DNA of 64,000 nt from Propionibacteriaceae bacterium (GCA_035535155.1 DATLQP010000291.1:10019-74018); one strand, 5' to 3'; positions 29,669-40,218 are shown, counted from the first letter of the stretch. The notes: generated by a model from the letters alone, not told the origin. Numbers and translations are program-made.

Positions 29669-30331
29669 GTGCACATCGTGATCATGGGATGCGGCCGGGT
29701 GGGGTCCCGTCTGGCGAGGAGTCTGGAGAAGCGAGGGCACACTGTCGCTGTGATCGACCTCGAATCCGAGGCCTTCCGGCGACTAGGCCCTGACTTCGCC
29801 GGCAAGACCGTCAGGGGCGTGGGCTTCGATCGTGAGGTGCTCCTCGAAGCCGGTATTGAGGACGCCGAAGGATTTGCCGCAGTCTCAAGCGGCGACAACT
29901 CCAACATCTTGTCCGCCCGCGTCGTACGGGAGACCTTCGGCGTGGACAACGTGGTCGCTCGGATCTACGACCCCGGTCGCGCCGAGGTGTACGAGCGGCT
30001 CGGGATTCCCACGGTAGCGACGGTCCGCTGGACCTCAGATCAGATATTGCGGCGGTTGTTGCCCAGTGGTTCGGAGCCACAGTGGCGGGACCCCTCGGGT
30101 TCGGTGCGTCTGATGGAAGTACATGTCGATCGCGCCTGGGTCGGTCGGAGCATCGAGCAGATCGAGGAGGCCACCGGCGCCCGCGTTCCGTTCGTGTTCC
30201 GGATGGGCTCGGGAATTGTGCCTAAACGCACCGGCATCTTTCAGGATGGAGATCTGTTGTATGCGGCCGTTGCCGACGCCAAGCTTGCGTCGGTCGAAGC
30301 CATCCTCGGTTCTCCGCCGAGGGGGGTCTGA
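29669..30331 (+). CDS. trkA: TrkA/KtrA-like RCK-domain potassium uptake regulator (CeoB-like)
   Basis: IMGCGRVG Rossmann motif, GDNSNI, VARIYDP; TAGACT 6 nt before the GTG. Confidence 0.9.
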   Translation: MHIVIMGCGRVGSRLARSLEKRGHTVAVIDLESEAFRRLGPDFAGKTVRGVGFDREVLLEAGIEDAEGFAAVSSGDNSNILSARVVRETFGVDNVVARIYDPGRAEVYERLGIPTVATVRWTSDQILRRLLPSGSEPQWRDPSGSVRLMEVHVDRAWVGRSIEQIEEATGARVPFVFRMGSGIVPKRTGIFQDGDLLYAAVADAKLASVEAILGSPPRGV

Positions 30332-30333
30332 CG

Positions 30334-31044
30334 ATGCGCGTGGCGATTGCCGGGGCCGGAAATGTCGGGCGGTCCATCGCGGCCGAGTTGATCGAAAACG
30401 GTCACGAGGTGCTGCTGATCGACAAGGACCCTCACGCAATCAAGGCCGAGACGCTGACCGAAGCCGAGTGGCTGCTGGCTGATGCGTGCGAACTGTCCTC
30501 ACTTGAAGAGGCGGGACTCGACACCTGCGATGTGGCCATCGCTGCCACCGGCGACGACAAGGTGAATCTCGTGATGTCCTTGTTGGCGAAGACTGAGTTC
30601 GGCGTGCCGCGTACTGTCGGCCGGGTCAACCACCCCAAGAACGAGTGGCTGTTCAACGAGGTGTGGGGGGTTGATGTCTCGGTCTCAACGCCGCGGCTGA
30701 TGTCAGCGCTGGTTGAGGAGGCCGTCACGGTTGGCGATCTTGTCAGGTTGCTGACCTTCCATGAGGGTGCCACGAACCTGGTTGAGATGACGTTGCCCAC
30801 CAGCAGCCCCTGCGTCGGTGCGCGGATCGGCGACCTGAGCTGGCCGGGCGACGTGGTCTTGGTCGCGATCATCAGAGACGGGCACGCCCGACCGCCGGAC
30901 AGTGACGGCTCCCTCGAGGCTGGCGACGAATTGCTGTTCGTGACCGCACAGGATTTCGAGAAAGAACTTGCCCAGATGCTCGCTCCGCGCGACGGATCGA
31001 TCAGCATCTCGAAGACGCCGACGCCGCGCGTACAGGCGATCTAA
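30334..31044 (+). CDS. trkA: Second TrkA/RCK protein (CeoC-like)
   Basis: IAGAGNVG, ATGDDKVNL, RVNHPKNEW, RCK_C region LVAIIRDG...LEAGDELL. Confidence 0.9.
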   Translation: MRVAIAGAGNVGRSIAAELIENGHEVLLIDKDPHAIKAETLTEAEWLLADACELSSLEEAGLDTCDVAIAATGDDKVNLVMSLLAKTEFGVPRTVGRVNHPKNEWLFNEVWGVDVSVSTPRLMSALVEEAVTVGDLVRLLTFHEGATNLVEMTLPTSSPCVGARIGDLSWPGDVVLVAIIRDGHARPPDSDGSLEAGDELLFVTAQDFEKELAQMLAPRDGSISISKTPTPRVQAI

Positions 31045-31787
31045 CCTCGACGCCCGGGCTCCTCGAGCCCTAAAACTGACTCCGCCAAAGCCGAATCCTC
31101 CATCGGCGTCCTGCCCTTGGAGAGCATGAACCCGATCACGGTCAGAGCGGCGATCAGCATGGGCCAGCCGAGAACGACCTTGGCAATGCCGAGCAGGACC
31201 ACCTGTCCGGCCAGAAATAGCGGCAGCTGGATGACGAACCGAGTGACGTAGGGCACCGCGAGCACCAGCGTCAGCTTCGACGTCATCCTCACCAGCCCGC
31301 GATCTCGCGTCCAGCCGGTGGGGTCACCCACCGCAGCGCCGATAAGAAAACCGACCAGCGGCTTGCCAACCAGGACCGTCAGCAAGGAGATCACGGCGAG
31401 GGCGCCGTTGTAGAGAATGCCCGGCAGGAAGACATCCTGAGCCCGGCCGGTGCGCGTTGCGATCAGCACGGCGATGGCCGTCGGGATGACCGCCTGGACG
31501 ACGTACTTGATCGACTGACGCTGGACAAGGCGGATCACCGCCATCAGCAACGCAACTCCGACAGCGGCGGCGATGGCTGGATAAAGCTGCCTGGCTACCA
31601 CCCAAGCGATGGTGAAGGCGATGAACGGCAGAGCTGATTCGATCATGCCGCGGGCGCCGCCGAGGGATTTGCTGAGCTGATAGCGAACGAATTCTTCGAC
31701 GTAGCGGAACTGCGGCGTCGCCGCGTCCGCTTTCACCGATGGTGCGTCCTGCGGACCTGCCTGCTGTTCTGCTGGCGGCCCACTCAT
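31041..31787 (-). CDS. DUF3159 membrane protein
   Basis: GGARGMIESALP, FLPGIL, KPLVGFL, KVVLGWP; usual position after the trkA pair. Confidence 0.85.
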   Translation of the reverse strand: MSGPPAEQQAGPQDAPSVKADAATPQFRYVEEFVRYQLSKSLGGARGMIESALPFIAFTIAWVVARQLYPAIAAAVGVALLMAVIRLVQRQSIKYVVQAVIPTAIAVLIATRTGRAQDVFLPGILYNGALAVISLLTVLVGKPLVGFLIGAAVGDPTGWTRDRGLVRMTSKLTLVLAVPYVTRFVIQLPLFLAGQVVLLGIAKVVLGWPMLIAALTVIGFMLSKGRTPMEDSALAESVLGLEEPGRRG

Positions 31788-31812
31788 CTGCCAGGCACCG
31801 CGCCAACCTCGA

Positions 31813-32190
31813 TCACGCGGCGGGCGCCTCCATCAGCTCATAACGCGGGTTGTAGATCAGCCGCTTCCCCTCGTGGCAGCTGATCCGGCCCCAGATCTTG
31901 AGGGTCCGACCGGGATCGATGCCCGGGATCTGCCGTCGACCGAGCCAGACCAGGGTTACCGCCCCCGAGCCGTCACGCAGCTCGACCTCGAGGGCCGGAT
32001 GCCCGGCCCGAGGAGTGATGGTCACCGTTGACACCGTGCCCGTGAGCTGGACGCGCTGACGGTCCTCACAGTTCAGAATGGGTACTGCGCCCTCTTCGCG
32101 AACCTTGCGTTGCAGCTCCTCGGACTCGAGCTCCGCATTCGATGATGCGAGCCGACGTAGTGCTCGCTGCAGCATGTTTTCTCTAGCCAT
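31813..32190 (-). CDS. OB-fold nucleic-acid-binding protein
   Basis: LEVELRDGSG, WLGRRQIPGI, IYNPRYEL. Confidence 0.85.
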   Translation of the reverse strand: MARENMLQRALRRLASSNAELESEELQRKVREEGAVPILNCEDRQRVQLTGTVSTVTITPRAGHPALEVELRDGSGAVTLVWLGRRQIPGIDPGRTLKIWGRISCHEGKRLIYNPRYELMEAPAA

Positions 32191-32331
32191 CGCGTACCAC
32201 CTCCGCTCTCCAAGCATCCCATGGCGGTCAATGTTTGGCGTCTGCGCGCGCCCGAGCCCCCACTCAACAGCGCCGGCGCTATTCCACGCTCGCGGCCAGC
32301 GGCTTGTGTTCTGTAGCGCCCCTCACCGCGG

Positions 32332-33138
32332 CTAGCTGTCTGCTCCCTCCGGCGGCTCACGGCTGACATCGGTCGGCATGGTCAGTGGCAGTAGATCGCC
32401 CGGTGCCATGGCCTCGTCGCCGCGCCGCACGATGACTTGACGGAACGCGAACAGCACATCCGCCACAACCGGGGACTCGGCGTCGTCTTCGATAGCAGCC
32501 TGGCCGTACACGATGCCGCGCAGCAGCCAGCGAGGTCCCTCCGCCACCCACATCCGAGAGGGTTGATACCCCTCGTCACCGTCAGGTGTCGTCACCGGTA
32601 TCAACCGCCTCAGCTCGACGCCGAACGGGCCCTCACCGAGCGATGCCGTGCCCCCCGCCTCTGTCGCGTTTCGGGAAATCTCATCCCGCAGCTCCGCCCA
32701 GAGACCGCCGCTGCGCGGAGCGGCGTACGCGCCTAGCTCCAGCGCCGAGGAATAGGTCTGAGGCTTCTGGTTTGCACTGGCGGGTGGCTCAACGATGGTC
32801 TCGATGACCAGCATCGCCGAGACGATTTCACCAGTTTCCTCGGCCACCTGAAGCCGCAGCTCTGAGCCCGGCACCGCGGTAAGGATCAAGCTGCCGAGAT
32901 CGATCTTGGGACTTTCCTCCGTGCTCTCGATGTCCTCGACTTCACCGATGTCGTATGGCCCGGAGCTTCGCCACTCGAGCTCCTCCAGCGCCGCCAGGTC
33001 CTCGCCCTCCAGATTCTCAGCAGGTGAGCCGTCACTCTCTGCTTCCGCAGCATCATCCAGCTCGTCGAGGCTCGCGTCCTCGGTCGATTCCTCGACTGCG
33101 GACTCGCTGCCGCGTTTCCTGCTCCTCTTGAAGATCAT
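32332..33138 (-). CDS. DUF3710 family protein
   Basis: [43 protein letters not shown]. Confidence 0.85.
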   Translation of the reverse strand: MIFKRSRKRGSESAVEESTEDASLDELDDAAEAESDGSPAENLEGEDLAALEELEWRSSGPYDIGEVEDIESTEESPKIDLGSLILTAVPGSELRLQVAEETGEIVSAMLVIETIVEPPASANQKPQTYSSALELGAYAAPRSGGLWAELRDEISRNATEAGGTASLGEGPFGVELRRLIPVTTPDGDEGYQPSRMWVAEGPRWLLRGIVYGQAAIEDDAESPVVADVLFAFRQVIVRRGDEAMAPGDLLPLTMPTDVSREPPEGADS

Positions 33139-33650
33139 CCGCGTTCCCTTGGCACACTCATGCTTCCATCCCCTCGCTGGGTGGCCGCTGGCTCGTTGGC
33201 ACCGCTCACTATTCCTCCGGTTGACCCATATCCGCTAATTCCGCGCGCGGAACTGGGCAGCTCGGTCACGGCCATGAAAACCGCCGTGCTGACCGGTTGG
33301 ATGACCAGCTGAGCGATCCTGTCGCCACGAGCAATGCTCACCGGCTGTCTCTGGTCGGTGTTGATCAGGCAGACCTTGATCTCGCCGCGATAGCCCTCAT
33401 CCACGGTGCCCGGAGCGTTCACAATGCTGATGCCGTGCCGAGCGGCCAATCCGGAGCGCGGGTGCACGAAGGCCGCGTAGCCGGACGGCAACGAGATGGC
33501 CACACCGGTTCCGACCAGCCGCCGCTCTCCTGGCCGGAGCTCGAAATTTTCTCGGCTGCGCAGATCCGCCCCCGCATCACCGGGGTGGGCATATGACGGC
33601 AGTTCCAGCTCCGGATCGAGCTGAACAAGCAGCACCTCGACTGCGGTCAT
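33135..33650 (-). CDS. dut: dUTP diphosphatase
   Basis: [44 protein letters not shown] (motifs I-V). Confidence 0.97.
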   Translation of the reverse strand: MTAVEVLLVQLDPELELPSYAHPGDAGADLRSRENFELRPGERRLVGTGVAISLPSGYAAFVHPRSGLAARHGISIVNAPGTVDEGYRGEIKVCLINTDQRQPVSIARGDRIAQLVIQPVSTAVFMAVTELPSSARGISGYGSTGGIVSGANEPAATQRGDGSMSVPRERG

Positions 33651-33657
33651 GACTCAC

Positions 33658-34113
33658 TCACCCGGTCAGCGTAGACGAGGCAGCGTCCTGTAGGGCGGCT
33701 GCCAGTTGTTGCGGACGGCGGGTTGAGACCAACCAATAAGGCACTGGATCATCGGGATCGTCGAGCGTGATCTCCACCGCCGTCTTCACGTACGGCCGGA
33801 GCACCAAGTGAGCCCTGGCATCGGCCTCCACGCCAGCCCGCTGACGGGTCTGCTCAGCAGTGAGCGCTCGACAAGAAGAGATATAGCCATGCTCGATGCT
33901 GGCCCGGCCGATCCGGATTTCACGCGCGTCGACGCTGATCACAATTGCGGCCGAAACGAAGATCGCGGCAGCTACCAGCATGGTGGCGAGCGCGGTCCCA
34001 ATGCCCCATACCGGGCCGAGGTAAGCGCCCACCGCGAGCAGCACCGACAGCGCGAACAGGCCCGCAAGCACCCACCAGATGATGGGAACAGCGAGCCGCT
34101 CGCGGAACAGCAT
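33658..34113 (-). CDS. DUF3093 membrane protein
   Basis: FRERL, two TM helices, G-x-A-x-I, DPVPYWLVSTRRP. Confidence 0.85.
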   Translation of the reverse strand: MLFRERLAVPIIWWVLAGLFALSVLLAVGAYLGPVWGIGTALATMLVAAAIFVSAAIVISVDAREIRIGRASIEHGYISSCRALTAEQTRQRAGVEADARAHLVLRPYVKTAVEITLDDPDDPVPYWLVSTRRPQQLAAALQDAASSTLTG

Positions 34114-34237
34114 GGAGGTAACTTACGCGCCCGGATCCGAACCTCACCGCGACCGCGTTCACCTCGCCGGTGCGCATTAAGATGCGAACACGCAGCCGGG
34201 AATCCGTACTCCGGACGCAACATGGAAGGTTGACCCG

Positions 34238-34531
34238 ATGGGACCGACGCAAAAACTGCTCTGGAAGCTCTACGTCGGAGTGATCGGCGCGGTCACCACC
34301 GTGGTGGCCCAGCGACTCGTCAAGGCGGCCTGGAAGCTTGCGACAGGCAACGAACCGCCATCTCCGACCGATCCTGACACTCCCGTGCTCGAAGCGATGA
34401 GCTGGGCGTTGGCCAGCGGCATTGGCGTAGGCGTCACTCAGTTACTCACTCAGCGCATGGCCGCCCGGCACTGGGAAGAAGAGATCGGCAGCGATACGCC
34501 TAGTGCCGGCAAGATCAAATTCAACATCTGA
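34238..34531 (+). CDS. DUF4235 family small membrane protein
   Basis: WKLATGNEPP, EAMSWALASGIGVG; GGAAGG RBS upstream. Confidence 0.8.
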   Translation: MGPTQKLLWKLYVGVIGAVTTVVAQRLVKAAWKLATGNEPPSPTDPDTPVLEAMSWALASGIGVGVTQLLTQRMAARHWEEEIGSDTPSAGKIKFNI

Positions 34532-34539
34532 GGTTTGAA

Positions 34540-34584
34540 GAAGCACCACCCCGCGCCCCGTTCGGGGGCGCAAGGTGGTGTTCT
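34540..34584 (-). terminator. Long hairpin (16-bp stem), intrinsic terminator, fully paired only on the minus strand
   Basis: Minus: CACCACC-UU-GCGCCCC-cgaac-GGGGCGC-GG-GGUGGUG then CUUCUU; the UU/GG pairs are wobbles on minus but mismatches on plus. Confidence 0.7.
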
Positions 34585-34586
34585 GT

Positions 34587-34680
34587 CCGGACTGACTGCC
34601 CCCAATCAGCCCGGCACATCGTGTGCACCTACCGTTGTCGCGACCCCGGCCACACAACAACCGACCGTCTTCATAACGGC
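34587..34680 (-). ncRNA. Candidate structured RNA / long 3' UTR downstream of DUF4193
   Basis: 11-bp stem CCGGGCUGAUU-gggggc-AGUCAGUCCGG (34587-34614) needing G-U pairs on minus, plus further short stems to about 34680. Confidence 0.35.
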
Positions 34681-34770
34681 CCCGCTGCGCGTACGCGTTC
34701 AATGGCTCAAGCCTAAGTGATCATGCAGCCGTCAGCTAGATCTCGTGCATAGCGGATCACGAGTTCTCAC

Positions 34771-35073
34771 TCATCCGGCGCAGTCGTAGCAGTACGCCTC
34801 CCCATTGGGACCTTCCTCGGCGATCTGGCTGCGATGCCGTACCAGAAAACAGCTCGCACAAGTGAACTCATCGGACTGCCGTGGCAGCACCCGAACGGTC
34901 AGCTCTTCGTGAGAGAGATCCGCGCCAGGAAGCTCGAATGCTTCCGCCGCCTCGGCCTCGTCTTCGTCAACCTTCCCGGAGTTCTTATCGTTGCGGCGAG
35001 TCTTCAGTTCTTCAATGCTGTCTTCGCTGAGTTCTTCATCGGTCTTGCGAGGGGCGTCATAATCGGTCGCCAT
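34771..35073 (-). CDS. DUF4193 family small acidic protein with a C-terminal Cys cluster
   Basis: MATDYDAPRK, SIEELK, FELPGADLS, EFTCASCFLVRHRSQ, CYDC. Confidence 0.92.
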   Translation of the reverse strand: MATDYDAPRKTDEELSEDSIEELKTRRNDKNSGKVDEDEAEAAEAFELPGADLSHEELTVRVLPRQSDEFTCASCFLVRHRSQIAEEGPNGEAYCYDCAG

Positions 35074-35177
35074 CTTTGCCTTCCCGGGCCCTAAAGCCCA
35101 GATCATGATCTGACTCGTGCGCAGTCTTACCACACGAATCAACCGATATGCGTGCTGTGGGAGCTCGCGCCCGCTAT

Positions 35178-35202
35178 AACGTCCTCGCGTGTCTAAAATT
35201 CC
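35178..35202 (-). promoter_or_regulatory. Candidate SigR/SigH-type ECF promoter for the DUF4193 gene
   Basis: Minus strand GGAAT-N17-GTT about 105 nt upstream of the ATG. Confidence 0.5.
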
Positions 35203-35284
35203 CGCTCCAGAGCGGATTCTGGCCCTCCCCGTACGGCCAATCCACCGCCATCAGATACCCCCGTGATCCAGGGTAAAAACCGAC

Positions 35285-36424
35285 TCAACCTGCCACTTCA
35301 CACAACGTCGGTCGACCGGGTTCACGCAGGTTGGGACAGCAGTCGGTCCAGCATTCGTACCAGCCAACCTTTCCCGCATTCACTACAGGCCGGGCCGGCT
35401 GCTCTCCACGGGCTACTGCGGCACGCTCCACCATGAGATCAACCAGTCCGCTGACGAACGCGGGATGATCGCCGGCGCTGGCGGCACGGGCAAAAGCCAG
35501 GCCGCACTCCTCCGCCGTCGCTGCTGCTTCGGTATCCAGGTCGTAGACGACCTCCATATGGTCGGACACGAAGCCGATCGGCACTACGACCACAGCCGGT
35601 ACGCCATCGGCCGCAAGCTGGCGCAGATGATCGTTGATATCTGGCTCCAGCCACCTCTGATTGGGAGGACCGGACCGTGAGCAGTAGACCAGGTCACTCT
35701 CGTAGCGCCGGCCTCGGTGCTCGCTGACGCGATCGGTTATCTCCGCTGCGACCACGGTGTGCCAGTCCACGTATCCACCAGTGGGGCTGCGCGGCATCGG
35801 CCCTGCGGTTTGGGCCATCGTTAGGGGGATGGAATGGGTGACGAAGACCAAGCGGGCATCATCCGCGAGATCCCCCAAGGTCTGCAGTGCCGTCAGCGAG
35901 GCATCGACCGATGCCGCAACGAAGCCCGGGTGGTTGGCATAGTGCCGAATTCGGTCGATCTGAACCTCGGTGTCTTGCGCGGCGTCGAACAAATTCTCCC
36001 GGTACTGGCGGCAAGAGGAATATGACGGATAGGCGCTGGTCACCACGGCCAGCACCCGGCGATGGCCGTCTCGGTGAATAGCCCGCAACTCGTCATCGAG
36101 ATAAGGGTTCCAGTTTCGGTTTCCCCAATAGAGCGGCAGCTCGATCCCACGGTTGCGTAATTCGTTGGTCAGGGCCGAGAGCAGGCTGCGACACTGATCG
36201 TTGATCGGGCTCCTGCCACCGAACAACAGATAGTGCTGACTGACCTCGACAAGCCTTTCGGTGGGAATGCCACGACCCCGGGTGACGTTCTGCAGGAACG
36301 GCATCACGTCCTCCGGCCGTTCGGGGCCACCGAAGGACACCAGCAGGACTGCCTCGTATGGCGAAAGTGCGCTGCCTAGCTGGCTGACTGATGCGTCAAC
36401 AGAAGTTGCAAAGTGATCACCCAC
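35285..36424 (-). CDS. hemH: Coproporphyrin ferrochelatase
   Basis: LLVSFGGPE, PFLQNVTRGRGIP, YWGNRNWNPY, SYSSCRQY, FVTHSIP, WLEPDI, GFVSDHMEV. Confidence 0.95.
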   Translation of the reverse strand: MGDHFATSVDASVSQLGSALSPYEAVLLVSFGGPERPEDVMPFLQNVTRGRGIPTERLVEVSQHYLLFGGRSPINDQCRSLLSALTNELRNRGIELPLYWGNRNWNPYLDDELRAIHRDGHRRVLAVVTSAYPSYSSCRQYRENLFDAAQDTEVQIDRIRHYANHPGFVAASVDASLTALQTLGDLADDARLVFVTHSIPLTMAQTAGPMPRSPTGGYVDWHTVVAAEITDRVSEHRGRRYESDLVYCSRSGPPNQRWLEPDINDHLRQLAADGVPAVVVVPIGFVSDHMEVVYDLDTEAAATAEECGLAFARAASAGDHPAFVSGLVDLMVERAAVARGEQPARPVVNAGKVGWYECWTDCCPNLREPGRPTLCEVAG

Positions 36425-36428
36425 GAAC

Positions 36429-37784
36429 GTGATCTTTGCCTATCAGGAGGACACTCGTGGCCACGGGGCTGCTGATGGTTCGAAGGAGGCGTCCTCCTTG
36501 TTGAACCTTCGCGCGTACCAACAGGTGTTGTCGGATCGCCGGGCCGTGGCATTCAGCATGGCCGGCTTCGTGGCCAGGCTGCCGCTCTCCATGACCGGCA
36601 TCGGGATCGTCTTGCTGGTGTCGCTGACCACCGGCTCGTTCGGCCAAGCTGGCCTGCTTACCGCCGCAGCCACGCTGACTGGTGCCGTCGTGGCGCCGCT
36701 GTGGGGCCGGGCGACCGATCGTGTCGGCCAAGCTCGGGTCCTGCTCATCGCCGTTGTGATCAACGTCGTCAGCGTGGCATTCCTGGTCACAGCGATCGAA
36801 CTATCGTGGCCAGTGGCGGTGAGCCTGGCGGCGGCCGTCGGAGTGGGGATTGGATTCAGCCTGGCTGGATCGGCGGTACGGGCACGTTGGACGCTCCGGC
36901 TCGACGGTTCTCCCCTGCTCAACACGGCGTTCGCCCTTGAGGCCATGCTCGACGAGGTGGTCTTCATCATCGGGCCGGTCCTGGTTACCTTTCTTGCGAC
37001 GGCTCTGCATCCGGCACTCGGCATCAGTGTCAGCGCTGTTGTCGGGCTGATCGGTGCTGTTGGGTTGGCCGCTCAACGGAGCAGCCAGCCGCCGATTCGC
37101 TCCGCGGCGCGCGACCACGAAGGATCGGCTCGGTTGCCCTGGCATGTCTTGGTGCCCATTGCCATCGCCTGCGTCGCCCTCGGCATGGTGTTCGGCGGCA
37201 TGGAGGTCAACATCGTCGCGTTCGCGAAGGAGGCCGGCGTGCTGTCATACGCCGGCCTGATCTTGATGGCGTGGTCGTTCGGTTCGCTGGTCGCCGGTGC
37301 CGTGACCGGCGCGATCATCTGGCGGGTCTCACCGGCCAGGCGGTTCCGAGTCGGCGCGACCCTGCTCGCGCTCTCCCTGCTGCCGTTGCCGTTCGTCGGC
37401 CACCCGGTGGGCGTCGCCCTGCTGCTCATCGTCAGCGGAATGGCCATCGCACCAACTCTGATCGCATCCGTGGCAGTCACCCAGTCCGCGGTCGATCAGA
37501 CTCGGCTGACCGAAGCACTTGCCTGGATCTCGACAGGCCTGGCAGCGGGGCTAGCCGCGGGCGCGGCTGTCGTTGGTCAGCTGATCGACAGCTCAGGTGC
37601 CCAGGCGGGTTTCGTAGCCGTCGCGATCGCCGGGTTGTTTCTCGCTGTTGGCGCGATCTTCGTGCGTGGCCCGAGCCTCAGCGCCGAGCCCACTCCCGAC
37701 AAGATCGAGGCGGTGCCTAATCCATCCTCGACAGGTATGCCTGCAGCTCAGTCGTCGCATCCGCAGGTTGGAACCCGGAGCTGA
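36429..37784 (+). CDS. MFS transporter
   Basis: About 12 TM segments; ARLPLSM, GRATDRVGQARVL motif A, DEVVFIIGPVL; true start may be a TTG near 36499. Confidence 0.85.
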   Translation: MIFAYQEDTRGHGAADGSKEASSLLNLRAYQQVLSDRRAVAFSMAGFVARLPLSMTGIGIVLLVSLTTGSFGQAGLLTAAATLTGAVVAPLWGRATDRVGQARVLLIAVVINVVSVAFLVTAIELSWPVAVSLAAAVGVGIGFSLAGSAVRARWTLRLDGSPLLNTAFALEAMLDEVVFIIGPVLVTFLATALHPALGISVSAVVGLIGAVGLAAQRSSQPPIRSAARDHEGSARLPWHVLVPIAIACVALGMVFGGMEVNIVAFAKEAGVLSYAGLILMAWSFGSLVAGAVTGAIIWRVSPARRFRVGATLLALSLLPLPFVGHPVGVALLLIVSGMAIAPTLIASVAVTQSAVDQTRLTEALAWISTGLAAGLAAGAAVVGQLIDSSGAQAGFVAVAIAGLFLAVGAIFVRGPSLSAEPTPDKIEAVPNPSSTGMPAAQSSHPQVGTRS

Positions 37785-39108
37785 TGATCTTGTCCAGACT
37801 CAGTGTGCTGTGCGGTGGCCGAGGGGCGAGTGCCTTGCCCGTGGCGTATTCGGTGGTCGTCACACTGCGGACTGCCGTTGCATCCCGGCCGCGCGCCTGA
37901 AACACCGCCCGCGCGATGCCGGCCCACGTCATGGTCTTGCCGTCATTGCTGAGGTTGTAGGTGCCGTACGGCGCCTCAACCTGCAGTAGATGGCGGACAG
38001 CGCGGCTGATCTCGGTCGCGAACGCGAGTCGGCCGAATTGATCATCCACGACGTCGGGACTCATTCCGCGGTCGGCTAGAGAGGCCATGGTGCGGACGAA
38101 GTTGGGTCCGTCCCCGATCACCCAGCTGGTCCTCAGCAGGTAGTGCGCCGGAAGCGATCCGACCAGCGCGTCGCCGGCCGCTTTGGTTTGACCGTAAACA
38201 CCCAGCGGCGAGAAGGGCTCGGTTTCGGTGTGGAGCTGCTGCGAGCCGTCGAAGACGTAATCCGAGGAAATGTGCACTAGTGTCAAGCGGTGCTTCCGCG
38301 CTGCCTCCACCAGGGCAGCAACGCCGGCAACGTTCACGGCCCAGGCCTCGCGCCGGCCCGTCTCGGTTTCCGCGGCGTCGACCTTCGTGTATGCCGCCGC
38401 GTTGATCAGCACAGCGTACGGCGCGAAGTCGAAGTTCTTGATCGACTCGGGGCTCGCCAGGTCCACCATTGCACGGGTGATCGGCACCGCTGCCGGAATT
38501 CTCTTGATCAGCGCTCGCCCCAGCTGACCACCAGCCCCGATAACCAAGATCTTCTTCGGCTCCACCGGCGTAACGTCGACGAGCCTTGGATGAGACTTGT
38601 CGGCTTCGGAGAGTTCGGCCTGCTCCAGCGGAATCGGCCAGTTGATCGCCAGTGACTCGTCCGCAAGATTGACGAAGGTGTAGGACTCCTTTGCCGGCGG
38701 TTTCCAATGATCATTGACCAGATAGGAATACGCCGTTCCGTCGGCCAGAGTCTGAAAGGCGTTGCCGACTCCGCGCGGCACGAAGACCGCGGTCTCGGGG
38801 CCCATCTCGACGGTGAAGCAGCGACCGAAGCCGGCGCCGGCGCGTAAGTCGACCCAGGCACCGAAGATTCGCCCGGTCGCGAGGGAGACCAGCTTGTCCC
38901 ACGGCTCGGCATGGATCCCCCGGGTTGCCCCGACGCGGTCGTTGAACGAGACGTTGTCTTGCACCGGCGCGAAGTCGGGCAAACCCCGAGCCACCATCTT
39001 CTCGCGCTGCCAGTTCTCCTTGAACCAGCCGCGGTTGTCACGTCGCACGTCCAAGGAGACGACGAGCAGACCGGGGATGGGAGTCTGGCTGATTGCCTGC
39101 TCAGCCAT
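37717..39108 (-). CDS. rmlCD: Bifunctional dTDP-4-dehydrorhamnose 3,5-epimerase / reductase (RmlC-RmlD fusion)
   Basis: N-terminal DNRGWFKENW, RGIHAEPWDK, VPRGVGN (RmlC); C-terminal GAGGQLG, NAAAYTKVD, SSDYVFDG, YGQTK (RmlD). Confidence 0.93.
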   Translation of the reverse strand: MAEQAISQTPIPGLLVVSLDVRRDNRGWFKENWQREKMVARGLPDFAPVQDNVSFNDRVGATRGIHAEPWDKLVSLATGRIFGAWVDLRAGAGFGRCFTVEMGPETAVFVPRGVGNAFQTLADGTAYSYLVNDHWKPPAKESYTFVNLADESLAINWPIPLEQAELSEADKSHPRLVDVTPVEPKKILVIGAGGQLGRALIKRIPAAVPITRAMVDLASPESIKNFDFAPYAVLINAAAYTKVDAAETETGRREAWAVNVAGVAALVEAARKHRLTLVHISSDYVFDGSQQLHTETEPFSPLGVYGQTKAAGDALVGSLPAHYLLRTSWVIGDGPNFVRTMASLADRGMSPDVVDDQFGRLAFATEISRAVRHLLQVEAPYGTYNLSNDGKTMTWAGIARAVFQARGRDATAVRSVTTTEYATGKALAPRPPHSTLSLDKIISSGFQPADATTELQAYLSRMD

Positions 39109-39111
39109 CGG

Positions 39112-40152
<1,041 letters not shown>

Positions 40153-40218
40153 TCACTCGCCGAACATCGCACCGAGCCGAGCCATCAAATAGAGCGAGCT
40201 TGGCGACCGGAGCAATCA

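Noticed and set aside
32273-32286. 14-bp match GCCGGCGCTATTCC with 63417-63430 (reverse strand)
   Set aside because: A GC-rich 14-mer that does not extend; such matches are expected by chance in 64 kb.
34587-34614. Actinobacterial 6C RNA (C-rich loop on the plus strand)
   Set aside because: The plus-strand stem has two mismatches, only one C-rich loop is present, and pairing favours the minus strand.
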